From the NCBI GenBank assembly GCA_963832165.1, contig CAWHTE010000011.1, positions 640,001 through 704,000 of the forward strand: a stretch of DNA of 64,000 bases. Direction: 5' to 3'. Origin of the DNA: an uncultured delta proteobacterium. GTDB taxonomy: Bacteria; Myxococcota_A; UBA9160; SMWR01. The notes under the pieces were generated by a model. It was not told the origin of the DNA, ran no database searches, and saw only the letters and a program-made list of their open reading frames with translations. Numbering within the stretch: position 1 is the stretch's first letter; the number at the start of each line of letters is the position of its first letter. Below are positions 19,174 to 29,673 of this stretch, in pieces. The position numbers and the translations under genes are program-made.

Positions 19174-19215
19174 GGCTCAGCGCTCTCGTTTCGCGCGCAT
19201 CGCGGCAGCCCTTGC

Positions 19216-20412
19216 TCAATCCTTCATGCGGATCGATCCGCCGTCCCCCTGGCTGTATCGCTTCTGGTAGTCCGACCCCGGGCCGTACTTCTTGACGATG
19301 TGGTCAAGATCGAAGCCGAAGAAGCGGGCGGCGTTCTCGGCGCAGAGCTTGCGCTGCGTCTCGACGGGCAGACTCCCCATGTGCTTCTGGATCGAGTCGC
19401 GGCTGTGCGGGAACGTGCCTTCCATGTGGGGATAGTCGGAGCCCCAGGCAATGCAGTCCTCGAGCACGTCGAGATTGCGGATTCCGGGAGCGTCTTCCTG
19501 GAACGTGATCAGGATGTTCTCGCGGAAGTACTCGCTCGGCCGCTTCTTGAGCCGTGGTCGCAGGAACGCACCGTTGTCGTGCCACATGCGATCCATCACG
19601 AGCATGTACCACGGGGCCCAGCCGACGCCTCCTTCAACGAGCGCCACCTTCAGCGTCGGGAAGCGATCGAACACCCCTGCCGAGACGAAGTCCATCGTGA
19701 TCTCCGCCGCGTCGGACTGGCACATCACGAACTCTCTCATGATGAATCCCGGCTGCTGTGGCACGCGCCCGTACGCTCCCCCCGTACCGATGTGGTTCGC
19801 CAGCGGAACGCCGAGCTCGGCGACCACCGCCCATAGCCGGTCGTAGGCGGGGTTGCAGTAGCCGCCCGCTTGTTCGCCTACACAAGGCACGGCCACGGAG
19901 ACGGCTCGCGCGCCGAGCGTTCCGACGGCGCGCTTCGCCTCCGCGATCGAGAGGTCGATGTCCCAGGACGGCAGCATTGCGGGTGCGATGCTCCGGTCCA
20001 CAGTGTCCTTGAAGAAGTCGATCACCCAGTCGTTGTAGACGCGGCACATATCCGCGAGCACCTCGCGGTCGGGCTGATCCATCCAGTAGTGGAAGCCGTA
20101 ACAGACCTCTCCCTGGACATCATCGAAAACCATGTCGTGCTTGCGCGGCTCCCCCTCGAACTTGCCGCGCCGCCCATCCTCGTAGCGCGCACCTTTGTAC
20201 GAGCGCTCGCTCTCTTCGTACTCCTCCATGGCTTCCAGACCGACCCAGCGCACCAGCCGGTCTCCCATCAGGATCTGATCACCCTTCGGCGTGGAGACCA
20301 CCCGCGGCGCGCGCTCCTTGAGCTTCGCCAGGCAATTTTTCTGATAGAGGTCGCGCGGTTCGTGGATGTGATTGTCCGCGCTGATGATCGGATACCAATC
20401 GCTACCAGCCAT
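19216..20412 (-). CDS. Amidohydrolase_2 family metal-dependent hydrolase
   Basis: ISADNHIHEP; YNDW; NHIG; VEGGVGW; WGSDYPHMEGTFP. Confidence 0.9.
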   Translation of the reverse strand: MAGSDWYPIISADNHIHEPRDLYQKNCLAKLKERAPRVVSTPKGDQILMGDRLVRWVGLEAMEEYEESERSYKGARYEDGRRGKFEGEPRKHDMVFDDVQGEVCYGFHYWMDQPDREVLADMCRVYNDWVIDFFKDTVDRSIAPAMLPSWDIDLSIAEAKRAVGTLGARAVSVAVPCVGEQAGGYCNPAYDRLWAVVAELGVPLANHIGTGGAYGRVPQQPGFIMREFVMCQSDAAEITMDFVSAGVFDRFPTLKVALVEGGVGWAPWYMLVMDRMWHDNGAFLRPRLKKRPSEYFRENILITFQEDAPGIRNLDVLEDCIAWGSDYPHMEGTFPHSRDSIQKHMGSLPVETQRKLCAENAARFFGFDLDHIVKKYGPGSDYQKRYSQGDGGSIRMKD

Positions 20413-20685
20413 GAGGGGTTCTCCTGTACGCTGCCACAATTACGGTATGGACACTCACGAAAAGCGTCAATCGCAAACTTCGCGCCGCCGCCACCGCGCG
20501 AGCTCGGGCTCCCAAGTTGGCGATTTTTTTGGTTTTCTGACGCCGTTCGAACCGCGGCGTCCGCGCTCCCCGTTTTGTGCTTGTTTTTTGTACTCTAATT
20601 TAACAAAAATAGCAATGCCGAAGTGATGCGCCTGGCCAGGATGCCGAGCGGGCGCTTCCTCGTTCCAAGGCAGGAGGTGTCGCTC

Positions 20686-21648
20686 GTGACGGATTCGATG
20701 GTTTCCCGCTTCGGCCCCGACTCCACCGCGATGGAGGTGGTTGCGGGCATCGACCTGCGCGGCCGGACGGCGGTGGTGACCGGTGGCTCGACGGGGATCG
20801 GCGCCGAGACGGCGCGCGCGCTCGCCGCGGTCGGCGCGCGCATCGTGCTGACCGGGCGCGACGTGCCCAAGACGCGTCGGACCGCTGCCGAGATCGCGGC
20901 CGAAACCGGCAACCCCGAAGTCGCCGCGCAGGAGCTCGATCTCGCTAGCGAGAAGAGCATCCGGGAATGCGCGGAGCACCTGCTCGCGAACTGCAGCGCG
21001 ATCCAGATCCTCGTGGCGAACGCGGGCACGTACAACCCGCCTCAGCGTTACGACGAGCACGGGCGCGAGATGCACCTGGCCGCGAACCACCTCGGGCACT
21101 TCCTGCTCACCAAGCTGCTCCTCCCCGCGCTGATCGCGGGCGCGCCCGCGCGCGTCGTGGTCGTGAGCTCGGCCGGACACCATTTCCTGCCGGTTCAATT
21201 CGATGACCTCGCGCTGCGCAAGCGCGATTACGAGGTCAGTGAGGCCTACGGCCAGTCGAAGACCGCGAATGCGCTGTTCGCGCTCGAGCTCGACCGGCGG
21301 CTGCACGCGAAGGGCGTACGCGCGTTCGCGGTGCACCCGGGCGAGATCATGACCGACCTCGCCCGCCACGTGACGATGGACGATGTGAGGGCGCTGCTCC
21401 GTCGCAGTCCGACGCGCGTGCGGCAACGCAATGCCGCGGAGGGTGCGGCCACCTCGGTCTGGGCCGCGACGACTCCAGATCTCGGCGACAGAGGCGGGCT
21501 CTATCTGGAGGACTGCGGCGAAGCGGCAGTCGTCGATGAGTTCCATGGCTTCCGCGGTGTGCGTCCGTACGCGCGGGATCCCGAGCTCGCCGCGCGGCTG
21601 TGGTCGGTGTCCGAGGATCTCGTCGGCGAGCGCTTCGAGACGCCCTGA
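20686..21648 (+). CDS. SDR oxidoreductase (retinol dehydrogenase-like)
   Basis: TGGSTGIG; ANAG; NHLGHF; YGQSKTAN; HPG. GGAGG RBS upstream. Confidence 0.9.
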   Translation: MTDSMVSRFGPDSTAMEVVAGIDLRGRTAVVTGGSTGIGAETARALAAVGARIVLTGRDVPKTRRTAAEIAAETGNPEVAAQELDLASEKSIRECAEHLLANCSAIQILVANAGTYNPPQRYDEHGREMHLAANHLGHFLLTKLLLPALIAGAPARVVVVSSAGHHFLPVQFDDLALRKRDYEVSEAYGQSKTANALFALELDRRLHAKGVRAFAVHPGEIMTDLARHVTMDDVRALLRRSPTRVRQRNAAEGAATSVWAATTPDLGDRGGLYLEDCGEAAVVDEFHGFRGVRPYARDPELAARLWSVSEDLVGERFETP

Positions 21649-21649
21649 G

Positions 21650-23002
21650 ATGGACGGCCGTGCGCTGCGAGCATGGGTGGTCGAGCAAGTGGGGGGCGAG
21701 GTAGTCCGCTTCGAGCGACTCGGAGGCGGCAACTCGCGCGAGGCGTGGCTCACCGACGTCGCGCTCGGTGCCGACAACCTCGAACTCCTGCTTCGCCGCG
21801 ACGCGGGCGGCGGACCGATGTCGGGAACCGAGCTCTCGATCGAGCGCGAGTCGCGCGTGTATCGCGCGCTCGCAGACAGCGGGCTCCCGGTGCCCCGCGT
21901 CCACGGCGTCGCGCGCGATGCGGTTCTGCTCGATCGCATGCCAGGATGCGCGCAGTGGGCGACGCTGACCGACCCCGCGGAACGCGACTCGGTCTCGCGG
22001 CATTTCGTGGCGCTGCTCGCGCACCTGCATCGGCTCGACCCCCGCCGACTCGACCTCGCCGGCTTCCCGGTGCCATCAGTTCCGCAGGACCATGCACGCA
22101 TCGACCTCGCGCTCTGGGAACGCCTGTACGACAAGCACGTCGGCGCACCGAACCCGTTCGTTCGCTTCGGGATCGCCTGGCTGCGGCGCAACGCGCCCGT
22201 CTCGGTGCAACGCACGTCACTCGTGCACGGGGACTGCGGGACGGGGAACTTCCTGTTTCACGAAGGCCGCGTGACCGCGTTGCTCGACTGGGAGTTCAGC
22301 CATTTCGGCGACCCCGTCGACGATCTCGGCTGCCTCGTGCTTCACGACTTCGTGCAGGGCAGCGACTTGAGCCCGTACCTGGCGCTCTATCGCGAGCAGT
22401 CCGGCATCGAGGTGGAGCGTTCGAAGCTCCTCTACTACTTCGCGTTCATGAACCTGCGCTGCCTGATCGCGTGTTCGATCGCGCTCCAGGCGACGAATCG
22501 CTCGATGGAGCGCGGACTGTACCTGTCCGTGATCCACCGCTTCGAGCGCTACCTCGTGCACGCGATCGCCCAATCTGCGGCGGATCAGCCGCTCGTGCCT
22601 GCGGAGCTGCCCGATCCCGGCCCGCCTACTCCCCGGACAGCCCTCTACGACGTGATGCTCGCCGACCTGCGCGAGTTCGTCCTGCCCAGACTGGCGAGCG
22701 ATGAAGTGGGCGCTCGGCGCGCAGCGGCGATCGGGAACATTCTCGTCTATCTATCGGGCTTCGAGCGCCGTGGTGACGCGCTCGCTCGGCACGAGCGCGA
22801 CGACGCAGCCCGGTTGCTCGGCAGAGCTGTTGCCGATCCGCGCGCAGATGGGGATCTGCTCGACGATGTGTGTCGGGACACCGCGCGCGAGAGCGAAGTG
22901 CTCGCCTATCTCTCGAGGCGCAGCGACCGCGAGCTAGCGCTGTGGGGACCTGCGCTCGGCGAGCGCGCGACCCAGCCCGTGCGCGTGGAGGCGTACCTGT
23001 GA
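21650..23002 (+). CDS. APH-family phosphotransferase (LvaA/ACAD10-11 kinase-like) with LvaB-like C-terminal extension
   Basis: GGNSREAW; LVHGDCGTGN; LDWEFSHFGDPVDDL; helical tail. Confidence 0.85.
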   Translation: MDGRALRAWVVEQVGGEVVRFERLGGGNSREAWLTDVALGADNLELLLRRDAGGGPMSGTELSIERESRVYRALADSGLPVPRVHGVARDAVLLDRMPGCAQWATLTDPAERDSVSRHFVALLAHLHRLDPRRLDLAGFPVPSVPQDHARIDLALWERLYDKHVGAPNPFVRFGIAWLRRNAPVSVQRTSLVHGDCGTGNFLFHEGRVTALLDWEFSHFGDPVDDLGCLVLHDFVQGSDLSPYLALYREQSGIEVERSKLLYYFAFMNLRCLIACSIALQATNRSMERGLYLSVIHRFERYLVHAIAQSAADQPLVPAELPDPGPPTPRTALYDVMLADLREFVLPRLASDEVGARRAAAIGNILVYLSGFERRGDALARHERDDAARLLGRAVADPRADGDLLDDVCRDTARESEVLAYLSRRSDRELALWGPALGERATQPVRVEAYL

Positions 23003-23943
23003 TCGAGCCGCGAGACGACTCCTTCCACGCGCCGACGAGCGGCGATCCGGACTGGAACGAGACCTGCTGGTTCTCGTTCGCGGTTCCCGAGCGCAGGATC
23101 TCCGGAACGCTCTATCCCGTCTTTCGGCGCAACCTCGGAACGGTCGGCTGCTGCATCGCGCTCTGGGACGACACCGCGGTGCTCCCCTGGGAAGCGCTGT
23201 ACTACGACTACCGTTTCTGGATGCCGTGGCCCGAGGGCGATCTCACGCGCTTCGAGCTGAGCAACGGGTATGCCGCGGAGTGCACCGCACCGCTCTCGAA
23301 GTACCGACTGCGCTACTCGCATCCCGGCGTGCTCGAGTTCGAGCTCGCGTTTTCCGCGCTGATTCCGCCCCACGAGACGGAGATGCGGAATCTGGGCTTC
23401 GCGGGCGCCGCGCACTGGGACCAGCACGGCCGGCTCACGGGCCGGCTGTCCCTGCGCGGTGAGGAGATCCCCGTCGACAGCATCTACATGCGCGACCGTT
23501 CGTGGGGGCCGCGCCCAGCAGCGCGCGGCCCGCGCCGCATCGGTTACACCACGGGGTTTCACGCGTCGGTCGGCTTCCACGCGATCAGCGCAGCCGACGA
23601 CATGCTCGCCGAGCTGCCGAAGGAGACGGTGTTCCAGGGCTATCTGTGGCGCGACGGCGTCGTCGCCGACGCCGTCGCCGGAGAGCGCCGCGTCGTCGAT
23701 CGCGACCGGAACTCGGGCTGGCCGTTGCGCGTCGAGATCGAGATCCGCGACGCGCTCGGGCGCACGCTCGAGACGGAGGGCCGCTGCGAGAATCGCTTCG
23801 CGTTCCCCGCGCTGCCCGGGAACTTCAACTGGATGAGCCTCACGCGCTGGTCGCTCGACGGCGCGGAGGCCTGGGGAGAGGATCAGGACGTCTGGACTGT
23901 CGAGTCGTGGCGCGCATTCGCGCACGCGCGCAGGCGGCGCTAA
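22999..23943 (+). CDS. Conserved beta-rich protein (tocopherol cyclase/AttH-like, RDxSWG motif)
   Basis: WNETCWF; HWDQHG; MRDRSWGPR. Translationally coupled to the kinase. Confidence 0.7.
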   Translation: MIEPRDDSFHAPTSGDPDWNETCWFSFAVPERRISGTLYPVFRRNLGTVGCCIALWDDTAVLPWEALYYDYRFWMPWPEGDLTRFELSNGYAAECTAPLSKYRLRYSHPGVLEFELAFSALIPPHETEMRNLGFAGAAHWDQHGRLTGRLSLRGEEIPVDSIYMRDRSWGPRPAARGPRRIGYTTGFHASVGFHAISAADDMLAELPKETVFQGYLWRDGVVADAVAGERRVVDRDRNSGWPLRVEIEIRDALGRTLETEGRCENRFAFPALPGNFNWMSLTRWSLDGAEAWGEDQDVWTVESWRAFAHARRRR

Positions 23944-24002
23944 CTAGATATTATGTTTATGTGACTGATTATGGCAAAAAGGCATACGAGCCAGGTGATT
24001 CG

Positions 24003-25553
24003 ATGAACCGAGCCAGCGATCTCGACCGGGCGGCGCGCCAATGGCCGGACAAGGCCGCGCTCTACTTCGAGGGTCCCGAGAACCAGTGGACCTTCCTGAC
24101 CCTCGATCTGCGCGCCTCCCGGATCGCGACCGGACTCGAGGGCATGGGCGTTCGCCCCGGAGACCGCGTCGCCATCATCATGTCCAATCTCCCGGAGCAC
24201 GTCGCGGCCTGGTATGGCATCGCCAAGGCCGGCGCGATTCCGGTCGACGTGAACTACATCCTCGCGGACGAGGAATGGACGTTCATCCTGAACGACTGCG
24301 AGCCCGCCGCGATCCTGACCGACATGCGATTCGGCGAGCGCGTCGTCGCGCTGGCGAAATCGGTGTCTTCGCGACCTGCGGTGTTCGTCGCGCGGCGCGA
24401 GCGCAACCTCGGCACCGCCGCGTTAGACGACCTCGGGAGCGACACCGGCGCGCGTCCCGCCGTCGATCGCAGCCCCGACGACGTCGCGGTGATCGCGTAC
24501 ACGAGCGGAACTACCGGGTATCCCAAGGGCGTGATGCACAGCCAGAGCATCCTGGAGTTTCAGATGGGAACGCTGCAGGAGACCAATGGCATCCATCACG
24601 GCGACGTGATCGCGTGCGCGACGCCGATCTTTCCGATGCACGGCTACCTGACGCAGCCGGGCATCGCGGTGCACGTCGGGGCGACGCTGCTCTTGATGGA
24701 CCGCTTCGACCCGCAAGTATTCTCGGCGAAGTCGCGCCAGTATCCGATCACGTGCGCGACGTTCGCCCCGGCGATGATCGTCGCACTGCTCCAGCTTCCG
24801 GACGGCGAAGGGCCCGTTCTCGACCATGCGCGGCTCTTTTTCTGCGGCGGTGCTGCGCTGCACCCCGAGGTACGCGAGCGCTTCGAGAAAACCTACGACG
24901 CGCCGCTGGTACAGGGCTTCGGCTCGACGGAGGTGATGGGCGCCATCGCGATGGAGCGCGCCGGGCGCCGCGCTCCGCCGGGCAGCTGCGGAGAGCTGTG
25001 GTCGGGTGCGAAGTCTCTCGTACGCGTCGTGGACGACGCCGGCAACGACGTTCCTCATGGTCAGGTCGGCGAGTTCCTCGTGCACAAGAGCCGCGCGACG
25101 ATGGGCTACTGGCGCCGGCCCGACCTCACCGAGGAGGCGTTCTACGACGGCACCTGGTTCAAGATGGGAGACGTGGGGCGGATCGACGAGAACGACTTCG
25201 TGTTCCTGCTCGATCGCAAGAAGGACATGATCATTCGCGGCGGCTTCAACATCTACTCGGCGGAGATCGAGCGCGTGCTGAACCAGCACGACGCGGTCGC
25301 TGAAGCGATAGTGATCGGGCTGCCCCACGAGCGGCTCGGCGAGGTTCCCAAGGCATTCGTCGTGCTGCGGTCCCAGAGCGGGAGCGAGGCGCTGGCTTCC
25401 GAGCTGCGCGACTACTGCATCCAGCGCATCGGCAAGCTCAAGGCGCCCGAGGAGATCGAGTTCGTGGCCTTCGATGCGCTGCCGCGGAACGCTATGACGA
25501 AAGTGTTGAAGCGAGAGCTGCGCGACCGCGTGCTCGCGCGCGCGCGCAACTAG
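24003..25553 (+). CDS. Acyl-CoA ligase (class I adenylate-forming)
   Basis: YTSGTTGYPKG; GFGSTE; GDVG; DRKKDMIIRGGFNIY; LPRNAMTK. Confidence 0.93.
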   Translation: MNRASDLDRAARQWPDKAALYFEGPENQWTFLTLDLRASRIATGLEGMGVRPGDRVAIIMSNLPEHVAAWYGIAKAGAIPVDVNYILADEEWTFILNDCEPAAILTDMRFGERVVALAKSVSSRPAVFVARRERNLGTAALDDLGSDTGARPAVDRSPDDVAVIAYTSGTTGYPKGVMHSQSILEFQMGTLQETNGIHHGDVIACATPIFPMHGYLTQPGIAVHVGATLLLMDRFDPQVFSAKSRQYPITCATFAPAMIVALLQLPDGEGPVLDHARLFFCGGAALHPEVRERFEKTYDAPLVQGFGSTEVMGAIAMERAGRRAPPGSCGELWSGAKSLVRVVDDAGNDVPHGQVGEFLVHKSRATMGYWRRPDLTEEAFYDGTWFKMGDVGRIDENDFVFLLDRKKDMIIRGGFNIYSAEIERVLNQHDAVAEAIVIGLPHERLGEVPKAFVVLRSQSGSEALASELRDYCIQRIGKLKAPEEIEFVAFDALPRNAMTKVLKRELRDRVLARARN

Positions 25554-25568
25554 CGGGAGTGCACGTCC

Positions 25569-26942
25569 TTGGACGCGCTCGGGTCACCGGAGCTCCGCGA
25601 GTGGGTCGAGAAGGTCGCCGGCGGCCGGATCGTGGCAGAGCGTGCCCACAACCAGGGATTCGGCCGTCTGATCACGATGCTCGACGTCGAGACGAGCGGC
25701 GGAGAGCGCCGCGAGCTCGTCCTGCGTCGCGAAGCCGGCACGGCGTTCGCGGGTACGGAGATTTCGCTGGCGCGCGAGGCGGTCGCCTATCGGGCGCTGC
25801 ACGGCAGGGGGATCCCGATCGCCCGGCTATACGGCGTGACCGATGCGGGCGATGCGCTCTTGATGGAGCGCGTCGCGGGTAGCGCCGACACGGCCCAGCT
25901 TTCCGCCGCGCAGCTCGATCGCCTCGCCGTCGACTTCGCCGAGGTGCTCGCGGCGCTTCACGCGATCGATCCCGAGGATCTCGATCTGCCGGGCTTCAGG
26001 CGGCCCAGGACGCCCGAGGACCATGCGCGCCAGGATCTCGATCTGTGGAACGAGATGTACGAGCAGTTCGCGCGCGAGCCGGACCCGCTCGTTCGGTTCT
26101 CCTATCAATGGCTCGCCCGAAATGCGCCCAGCTCCGTCCAGCGCACGGTCCTGCTGCAAGGCGATACGGGGCCGGGAAACCTCCTGCACGAGGATGGACG
26201 CGTGCGCGCGCTGATCGATTGGGAGTTCTGCCACGTCGGCGACCCGCTCGAGGACCTGGCGTGGGTGGCGTTTCGATCGGGATTGCAGCCGTTCGCAGAC
26301 CTCGCGAGCTTCTTTCGCCGCTACTGCTCGCTCTCTGGTGTGCGGTTCGAGCGCGAGCGCGTTCTCTACTACCGAGTGCTCATTCTGTTCCGGTGCGTCA
26401 TCGGCACGATCGTCGGCGTCGCGCGCGCGCTCGAGCAGGGCACCGTCCACCAGGGGCTCGGCATCAACTGTTTCGGTCTCGAGCTGATGCGGCGCCATCT
26501 CTGCGAGCTGTTGGCGCAGCAGAACGGCTGGCCGCTCGACCTGCCAGAGCCGCCCGAGGGCGAGGCGGGCGAGGGCGAAGCGCTGCTGAACTCGTTGATC
26601 TGCGATCTGAACGATTTCATCGTTCCGGCGGTCTCCGAGCCCGTGGCACTCGCGCGCGCGCACGGCCTTGCCGCGTCGCTGCTGCACTTGCGCGCCGCCG
26701 CCCGCCACGGGCGCGGCCTGGAGTCGCAGGAGCTCGAGGAGATGGGGGCATTGCTCGGATCCCGGCCGGCGAGCCTGGCCGAGGGTGCTCGCGGCGTCGA
26801 CGAGCTGATCCGGCGCGCCGGGGCGGAGCGCGACGCCGAGATCTTCCGCTACCTGGCGCGCCGGGCGGCGCGCTCGGCGGCGCTGTGGCCGTCGCGTGCC
26901 GGTCCCGCGCCTGCGACGCTGCCGCCGGTACCCGAGCTGTAA
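25569..26942 (+). CDS. APH-family phosphotransferase with LvaB-like tail, paralog of 21650..23002
   Basis: LLQGDTGPGN; IDWEFCHVGDPLEDL. TTG start. Confidence 0.85.
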   Translation: MDALGSPELREWVEKVAGGRIVAERAHNQGFGRLITMLDVETSGGERRELVLRREAGTAFAGTEISLAREAVAYRALHGRGIPIARLYGVTDAGDALLMERVAGSADTAQLSAAQLDRLAVDFAEVLAALHAIDPEDLDLPGFRRPRTPEDHARQDLDLWNEMYEQFAREPDPLVRFSYQWLARNAPSSVQRTVLLQGDTGPGNLLHEDGRVRALIDWEFCHVGDPLEDLAWVAFRSGLQPFADLASFFRRYCSLSGVRFERERVLYYRVLILFRCVIGTIVGVARALEQGTVHQGLGINCFGLELMRRHLCELLAQQNGWPLDLPEPPEGEAGEGEALLNSLICDLNDFIVPAVSEPVALARAHGLAASLLHLRAAARHGRGLESQELEEMGALLGSRPASLAEGARGVDELIRRAGAERDAEIFRYLARRAARSAALWPSRAGPAPATLPPVPEL

Positions 26943-26956
26943 CCGGCCCGCCGGCT

Positions 26957-28432
26957 CTACGCCCGGGCGACCGCGCGATCGGAAACGAGGAAATCGTCCA
27001 CTGCGTGCTCGACCGCCGTGCCCTTGAAGAAGGCCGGGTTCGACGTCGCGAACAGCCGCGCCGCATTGCCGAAGACGAAGTCGCGGAAGCTCTCCTCGTC
27101 GAGCCGTCCGTGCTCCACGTGTTCGTGCGCTTCCACGAGCACCTGCGACATGTCGGGCACGTCCCAGTGACTGATATCGGAGCTGAACAGAGCGCGCAGA
27201 CGCGCACCGAACCGGTTGATCGGCTGGAATGCGATCGCCGTCGTCGGGGTGTCTGCTTCGCAGCCGAAGAAGAAGGGCTCCGCGAAGAGCTCGCGGATCT
27301 CCTCGGCGCGCTCGATGCGACACGGCGCGAACTCGTCGAGTCGCGCCGGGTCTTCGGCTGGAGTAGAGACCAGCGCGAGGAATCGATCGACGCCATCGTC
27401 GACCCGTCCGGCGAGAAACCGATCGCCGTAGCGGCGCACGTAGTCGAGAAGCGCCTGCCGGTCGAGATTGGCCGGATCGTAGTTCGCGAGGCTCGCCAGG
27501 TTGCGCTTCTCCCAGTGGTCGATGAGATCCGAGTACAACGCTGCGGCCCAGCCGACGCCGCCCTCGAGGAACGCGAAGCGAAGCTCGGGAAAACGCCGCG
27601 TCACACCACCCAGGAACAGGGCCTTGCACAGCGGCTCGTGCGCGCCCGCGAAGGCTCCCAGGTGGTTGTACACGTAGCTCGAGGGAGAAGACCGCCCCAT
27701 CCATCCCATCGCATGGGCGTGGAAAGTCGGAGCGACGCCGAGATCGCGACAGCGCGCCCAGACCGGATCGTAGTCGTGCTCGCTGTCCATGCCGTACACG
27801 TCGATCCACGGCGCGATCGCCGCGGCCTGGCGGTCGATGCGCGCGAGGGCCGGAATCGGCCGCTCGACGAAGCCCGCCAGCAGTACGACCTTGAAGCCCA
27901 GGACGTCGACGGCGTAGTCGAGCTCCTCGAGCGCCTCCTCGGGAGTGTGCATCGGAATCACCGCGACGGGCGCGAGGCGATTGGAGAACTCGCGGAAGAC
28001 CTCGGCGTGCATGCGGTTGAAGGCACGGCACGATGCGCGTCGCACTTCCTCGTCATCCACGTGCGGAGCCACCATTCCGATGCTCGGATAGACGACGGAG
28101 AAATCGAGCCCGAACTCGTCGAGCCGCGCGTAGAGGAGCTTCGGCAGCATCGCCGTGGCGCGGTCGCGCGTGTTGCGGGTCGGTGTCCCCCACCAGGGCG
28201 GACGCGGCGCTCTGCGTGCGAGCCGCTCGGTCGGAGCGAGATCGTACCAGCCGAACGCGGCGAGCCGGGTGCCGCGGACGTAGCGGTAGAAGCCCTCGGC
28301 GATCGTCGGGCCACCGACTTCGGCCATCGCGTCGACCACGGCCGGCATGAACTCCATCCAATGACCGTCCGCATCGATGACGGGATGGGAAAGCCGGGCC
28401 CGGATGCCTGCGCTGCTCGCTGTTTCGCCCAT
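26957..28432 (-). CDS. Amidohydrolase_2 family protein (long subfamily)
   Basis: HPVIDADGH; PTFH; YNHLG; FLEGG; FFGCEAD; FSSDISHWDV. Confidence 0.9.
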   Translation of the reverse strand: MGETASSAGIRARLSHPVIDADGHWMEFMPAVVDAMAEVGGPTIAEGFYRYVRGTRLAAFGWYDLAPTERLARRAPRPPWWGTPTRNTRDRATAMLPKLLYARLDEFGLDFSVVYPSIGMVAPHVDDEEVRRASCRAFNRMHAEVFREFSNRLAPVAVIPMHTPEEALEELDYAVDVLGFKVVLLAGFVERPIPALARIDRQAAAIAPWIDVYGMDSEHDYDPVWARCRDLGVAPTFHAHAMGWMGRSSPSSYVYNHLGAFAGAHEPLCKALFLGGVTRRFPELRFAFLEGGVGWAAALYSDLIDHWEKRNLASLANYDPANLDRQALLDYVRRYGDRFLAGRVDDGVDRFLALVSTPAEDPARLDEFAPCRIERAEEIRELFAEPFFFGCEADTPTTAIAFQPINRFGARLRALFSSDISHWDVPDMSQVLVEAHEHVEHGRLDEESFRDFVFGNAARLFATSNPAFFKGTAVEHAVDDFLVSDRAVARA

Positions 28433-28484
28433 CTAAGTCGCTCCTGTCGGGCGCGCAGAAAAGCCGCGCGCCGGTGTTCGAATA

Positions 28485-28502
28485 TTGTACACTCATCTAT
28501 CA
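28485..28502. promoter_or_regulatory. Candidate operator TTGTACACTCATCTATCA
   Basis: 16/18 identical to 33983..34000; in a divergent intergenic region about 50 nt upstream of a minus-strand amidohydrolase. Confidence 0.6.
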
Positions 28503-28530
28503 ATACGGTACAGCGGAGCCCGAGGCGTTC

Positions 28531-29673
28531 ATGACGACGCGCAACCGGATCCTGACGACGCATGTGGGCAGCCTGCCGCGACCCGCCGACCTGCTCGCGG
28601 TGCTGCACGCCAAATACGCCGGCCAGCCTTACGACACCGATGAGCTCGCGCGCCTGGTGGAGCGCGCGGTCGCGGACGTCGTGCGCCGTCAGGTCGAGAC
28701 TGGAATCGACATCGTGAACGACGGAGAGATGGGCAAGCCCACGTATGCGACATACGTGTCGGAGCGCCTGTCGGGATTCGGCGCGACACCGCGGCGCGGC
28801 AAGGCGCTGCGCGACCTCGTCGACTTTCCCGACTACACGCGACGCATCGTCAAGATCGGCGCCGTGGCGCCGACGGTAACCGGCGCCGACTGCGTCGGTC
28901 CCGTCGTCGTGGCGGATACGCGTCCGCTCCAGGGGGACCTCGCGAACATGGCGGCGGCGATCAAGCAATGCTCGCCCGTCGGCATGTTCATGACGTCCGC
29001 GTCGCCCGGCGTGATCACCTCGTTCCAGGACAACAAGTACTACCCGACGCACGACGCTTACCTCGAAGCGCTAGCCGATGCGATGCAGCAGGAATACGAA
29101 TCGATCGTCGAGGCGGGCTTCGTGCTGCAGCTCGATAGCCCGGACCTCGCGATGAACGCGCACCTCGTCCATCCAGACGATCCCGACGCGTTCTTTCGCG
29201 ACTGCGCCATGCACATCGAGGCGCTCAATCATGCGACCCGCAACATCCCGCCCGAGCGCATGCGGATGCATCTGTGCTGGGGCAACTATCCCGGGCCGCA
29301 TCACCTCGACGTGCCGCTAGAGAAGCTGCTTCCGACGGTGCTGCGGGCGCGTCCGCACGCGATCCTGCTCGAAGGCGCCAATCCGCGGCACGAGCACGAG
29401 TGGGAGGTGTTTCGCACGATCGCTCTGCCGGACGACAAGGTGCTCGTTCCGGGCGTGCTCGACACCACCTCGAACTATATCGAGCATCCCAAGCTGATCG
29501 CGCAGCGGTTGTGCCGATACGCCGACATCGTGGGACGCGAACGCGTGATGGCCGGCACTGATTGCGGTTTCGCGACCTTCGCGGAGTACCCGCTGATCGA
29601 TCCCGAGATCGCGTGGGCGAAGCTGCGCGCGATGGTCGAAGGTGCGGCGCTCGCGACCGAGCAGCTGTGGTGA
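28531..29673 (+). CDS. Cobalamin-independent methionine synthase II family (single-barrel MetE-like) protein
   Basis: TTHVGSLPRP; NDGE; Zn ligands HLCWGN, E and GTDCGF. Confidence 0.9.
   Translation: MTTRNRILTTHVGSLPRPADLLAVLHAKYAGQPYDTDELARLVERAVADVVRRQVETGIDIVNDGEMGKPTYATYVSERLSGFGATPRRGKALRDLVDFPDYTRRIVKIGAVAPTVTGADCVGPVVVADTRPLQGDLANMAAAIKQCSPVGMFMTSASPGVITSFQDNKYYPTHDAYLEALADAMQQEYESIVEAGFVLQLDSPDLAMNAHLVHPDDPDAFFRDCAMHIEALNHATRNIPPERMRMHLCWGNYPGPHHLDVPLEKLLPTVLRARPHAILLEGANPRHEHEWEVFRTIALPDDKVLVPGVLDTTSNYIEHPKLIAQRLCRYADIVGRERVMAGTDCGFATFAEYPLIDPEIAWAKLRAMVEGAALATEQLW

Noticed and set aside
20413..20685. T/A-tract-rich spacer as an ncRNA or foreign DNA
   Set aside because: Consistent with an ordinary divergent promoter region; no clear structure.
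21650..26942. Aminoglycoside resistance kinases
   Set aside because: Context and extensions fit acyl-CoA metabolism kinases.
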